From the NCBI GenBank assembly GCA_001871075.1, contig MNUP01000123.1, forward strand, positions 1 to 58,779: 58,779 bases of DNA, written 5' to 3'. This document shows positions 56,140-58,779 of the stretch, one piece after another. The DNA comes from Candidatus Desantisbacteria bacterium CG1_02_49_89. GTDB lineage: Bacteria; Desantisbacteria; UBA1551. Position 1 is the first letter of the stretch, and every line of letters starts with the position of its first letter. Below the pieces are notes generated by a model, which made no database searches, was not told the origin of the DNA, and saw only the letters and a program-made list of their open reading frames with translations. Made by a program: the position numbers and the translations under genes.

Positions 56140-57462
56140 ATGGAAAACTTGGTGGAAATTGCGGAATACGGGTGCGAAGTGGCAAAGAAGGAAGGCGCTG
56201 AGTTTGTGGATGTCGGCGTGCACAGCGGCATGGGAATGTCCGTGGATGTGGAAAGAGGCGCGGTAAAGCACGGGGACACGGCTGTTTCTTCGGGCGTGTC
56301 TGTCCGCGCTTTCATTAAAGGCGGAATGGGATTTACAGGCGCGTCCAGTTTGAAAAAAGAGGATGTGCGCGGCGCAGCGCTGAAAGCCGCGGCGCTCGCG
56401 AAGGTCGCGCAGCCGGACCCTGATTTTGTAAGCCTTCCTGAACCTTCCGGTTCCTACCCTGTTGTTGAAAAGCTGTGGGATGACAATATCCGGGGCGTCA
56501 GCGCCGGAAAGCTCGTCGGGTACCTGAGGAGATCAATAGAAGAAGTAAAGTCTGTAAGAGGAGATGCGATCATAAACGGCGGAGCAGGGCTGGGCCATTC
56601 AGAGAGCGCTATAGCCAATTCACTCGGTATCAGGGCCTCCATAAAAGGTTCAAGCATCCGCATGAGCACGTCGGTAACGTTCAAGGAAGGGGATGACGTG
56701 GGCACATACTTCGATTTTGACAACTCGCGGCTCCTTCCCGACTTTAATCCTTCAGGGATCGGGGTGAATGCCGCAAAAATGGCTTTGAAATTTTTAGGCG
56801 CGCGGCACATTCAGGGCGGGGTGATGCCTGTTGTGTTCGGCCCGCTTTCAGGCCTGAGCATTTTCAGGGTCATATGCTGGAATGCCAACGCCGAGGATAT
56901 ACAGAGGAACCGTTCCTACCTGATAGGGAAAAAAGGCGCGCAGATCGCCTCGGATATCGTGACCGTTGTTGATGACCCGCTCATTCCTGCCGGTATGGGG
57001 TCCGGCCCTTTTGACGGGGAGGGGTTCCCGCACAGCAGGCTTACCGTGATCGAGAAAGGGGTCCTTAAGACCTGGCTTCACAATTCCTACACCGCGAACA
57101 AGGGCAAGGAAAAAAATACAGGGAATTCAACGCGCGGCGGCACCAGCATTACGAATACCGTTGTTTCACTGGGCACGAAGACCGAAAAGGAGCTCATAAG
57201 CGAGATCAAGGACGGGCTTTATGTGGCTGTGGGAAGCATATTCCCGAATCCCCAGAGCGGCGACATCTCGGAAACAGTGGACTGGGGGTTCAAGATCGAG
57301 AACGGAGAGATAGCCTACCCGGTTAAAAACGTTATGATAGGGATGCATATGCTGGAGTTTATGAAGAACATTGACGCTATTTCAAGCGATTTCCGCGAGG
57401 AGCCCGGCGCTATAATGCCGTCTGTCAGGGTGCGCGACGTGCGCGTCGCCGGAGGCAAATAG
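56140..57462 (+). CDS. pmbA: PmbA/TldE family protein
   Basis: DDPL..PFDGEG, TGNSTR, GDIS..GFKIENGEIAYPV motifs. Lacks HExxH and lies next to tldD. Confidence 0.88.
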   Translation: MENLVEIAEYGCEVAKKEGAEFVDVGVHSGMGMSVDVERGAVKHGDTAVSSGVSVRAFIKGGMGFTGASSLKKEDVRGAALKAAALAKVAQPDPDFVSLPEPSGSYPVVEKLWDDNIRGVSAGKLVGYLRRSIEEVKSVRGDAIINGGAGLGHSESAIANSLGIRASIKGSSIRMSTSVTFKEGDDVGTYFDFDNSRLLPDFNPSGIGVNAAKMALKFLGARHIQGGVMPVVFGPLSGLSIFRVICWNANAEDIQRNRSYLIGKKGAQIASDIVTVVDDPLIPAGMGSGPFDGEGFPHSRLTVIEKGVLKTWLHNSYTANKGKEKNTGNSTRGGTSITNTVVSLGTKTEKELISEIKDGLYVAVGSIFPNPQSGDISETVDWGFKIENGEIAYPVKNVMIGMHMLEFMKNIDAISSDFREEPGAIMPSVRVRDVRVAGGK

Positions 57463-57683
57463 ATACTCGTGCATCGTGCATCGTTCTTCGTGCATCGTAA
57501 ATACCTCCTCGCCCCTTGCCTGCCCGCTAATCTTGGTGGAGGGCGGGAGAGGATGAAAGGTGAGGGGTTTAGGGTAACTCAGGGCTTTAGCCCTGAGCAA
57601 GTCAGTTTAAGTTCTCTTAAGTTCCCTGTTGAAAATTTTTTATCCGTGGAAATCCGTGGCTGAATTTTTTCCAGGAGGAGATC

Positions 57684-58646
57684 ATGAGCGTATTCTACAA
57701 AGAAATAAGGAGATGGTGGGGGCAGGCGATAGTGATAACGCTTGCCGTAATGGTTTCGGGCTGCGCGGCAAGGCCTTACAAAATGACGAATTTCTTCACT
57801 TCAAAGGCCATCAATGATCTGCGGGAAAAAAGGGTGGCTGTCATTCCCTTCAAGAACCTATCCCCGATCCCCGAGGCAACAGATATGCTTACGGATGAGT
57901 TCAACCTGCAGCTGGGGAAGCTGGGAAAATTCAGGCTGATCGAGAGGATAAGTATACAGGAACTGTTCAAAGAGCAGGACCTTGACCCCGAGCGCATAGA
58001 CGAAGCCACCGCGGTAAAGATCGGAAAAATGCTGGGAGCGAACGCGATAATACTGGGCACGGTCACCACTTATTACCCGTATAAATACAAGGAAAAAAAG
58101 GAAGCCGAGGAAAAAGAGAAGAAAGAGCTTGAAAGGGCAAGGATAGAAGCCGCTGGAGCGCCTAAAACCGTAGTGATCATTGAGCAGCAACCCGAAAAAC
58201 AACCGGTATTTGTGCCGCCGGGACAGCAGAAAGATAAGGAAAAGGGCTGGGAGAAGGACAAGGATAAAGAAAAGGAAAAAGATAAGGAAAAAGATAAGGA
58301 AAAAGATAAGGACAAGGATAAGGATAAAAAAAAGGAAGAAACCGAAGTAAAGAAAGACGAGGGTAATCCCTGGGTCGCTCTCGCGATCGTCGGCGGAATA
58401 ATACTCACTGCCGGGATACTTTTCTTTGCTTTGAGCCCCAAGCCTACCGCGGAGATCGGTATAAGCGTGCGCATGGTAAACGTTGAGACAGGCGAGCAGT
58501 TGTGGCAGGCGAAAGAGACCTTCAAGGGCAATGACCCCAGGATCCAGGCGCTTGTTGACCCGCAGGACAGGGATAAACTGGTGAAGGACGTTGAATTCCT
58601 CAGCCAGACCCTGTGCCGCGAATTCGCTCTTACAATAGAAAAATAA
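57684..58646 (+). CDS. CsgG/HfaB-like lipoprotein with a Lys/Asp/Glu-rich insertion
   Basis: Lipobox-like VSGC, RVAVIPF, LIERISIQELFKEQ, AVKIGKMLGANAIILG and VRMVNVETGE.LW motifs. Confidence 0.75.
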   Translation: MSVFYKEIRRWWGQAIVITLAVMVSGCAARPYKMTNFFTSKAINDLREKRVAVIPFKNLSPIPEATDMLTDEFNLQLGKLGKFRLIERISIQELFKEQDLDPERIDEATAVKIGKMLGANAIILGTVTTYYPYKYKEKKEAEEKEKKELERARIEAAGAPKTVVIIEQQPEKQPVFVPPGQQKDKEKGWEKDKDKEKEKDKEKDKEKDKDKDKDKKKEETEVKKDEGNPWVALAIVGGIILTAGILFFALSPKPTAEIGISVRMVNVETGEQLWQAKETFKGNDPRIQALVDPQDRDKLVKDVEFLSQTLCREFALTIEK

Positions 58647-58779
58647 CTAAATAACCACAGGTAAACACAGGTTAACACAGAAATACTTTTACAGGGAACT
58701 TAAGAGAACTTAAAATTCTTAGGTTAAACCCAGAAAAAGTAATAAGTTCAGTTTAAGTTCTCGTCAATTCCCTGTGAAA

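Noticed and set aside
48253-57462. RiPP (TOMM/microcin) cluster suggested by SagB-like plus TldD/PmbA genes
   Set aside because: There is no YcaO, precursor peptide or transporter, and the genes are interspersed with housekeeping genes.

Overview
This is a bacterial chromosomal window from an anaerobe, with almost all genes on the + strand. The PorV-like fragment and the repeat style suggest an uncultured Gram-negative lineage (inference only). In order it contains: MITEs and toxin-antitoxin modules (1-2.7 kb); a ~15 kb Rex-controlled operon (3.3-18.5 kb) with an AsrA/AsrB-like NAD(P)H module, a group 4 membrane-bound [NiFe] hydrogenase, an Mrp/Mnh antiporter set and a maturation protease; a decayed RHS/YD gene fused to a PorV-like fragment; more TA-like genes behind duplicated terminator-promoter units; valS, a lytic transglycosylase and uvrB; a carbohydrate-related cluster; two O-antigen-ligase/TPR paralogs; nadC, serS, tldD/pmbA; and a CsgG-like lipoprotein. 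The most unusual signal is non-coding. Many intergenic spacers are built from small inverted elements: 7-10-nt tandem-repeat arms, GTAG-type REP doublets, RPE-like palindromes and CCGCC-GGCGG mini-hairpins. These elements nest inside each other, invade genes in frame (four sites in valS) and in one case form three concentric inverted shells around an AT-rich cargo gene. I recognised no transposase, tRNA, rRNA or CRISPR array. All product calls come from motif recognition by eye; no database searches were run.
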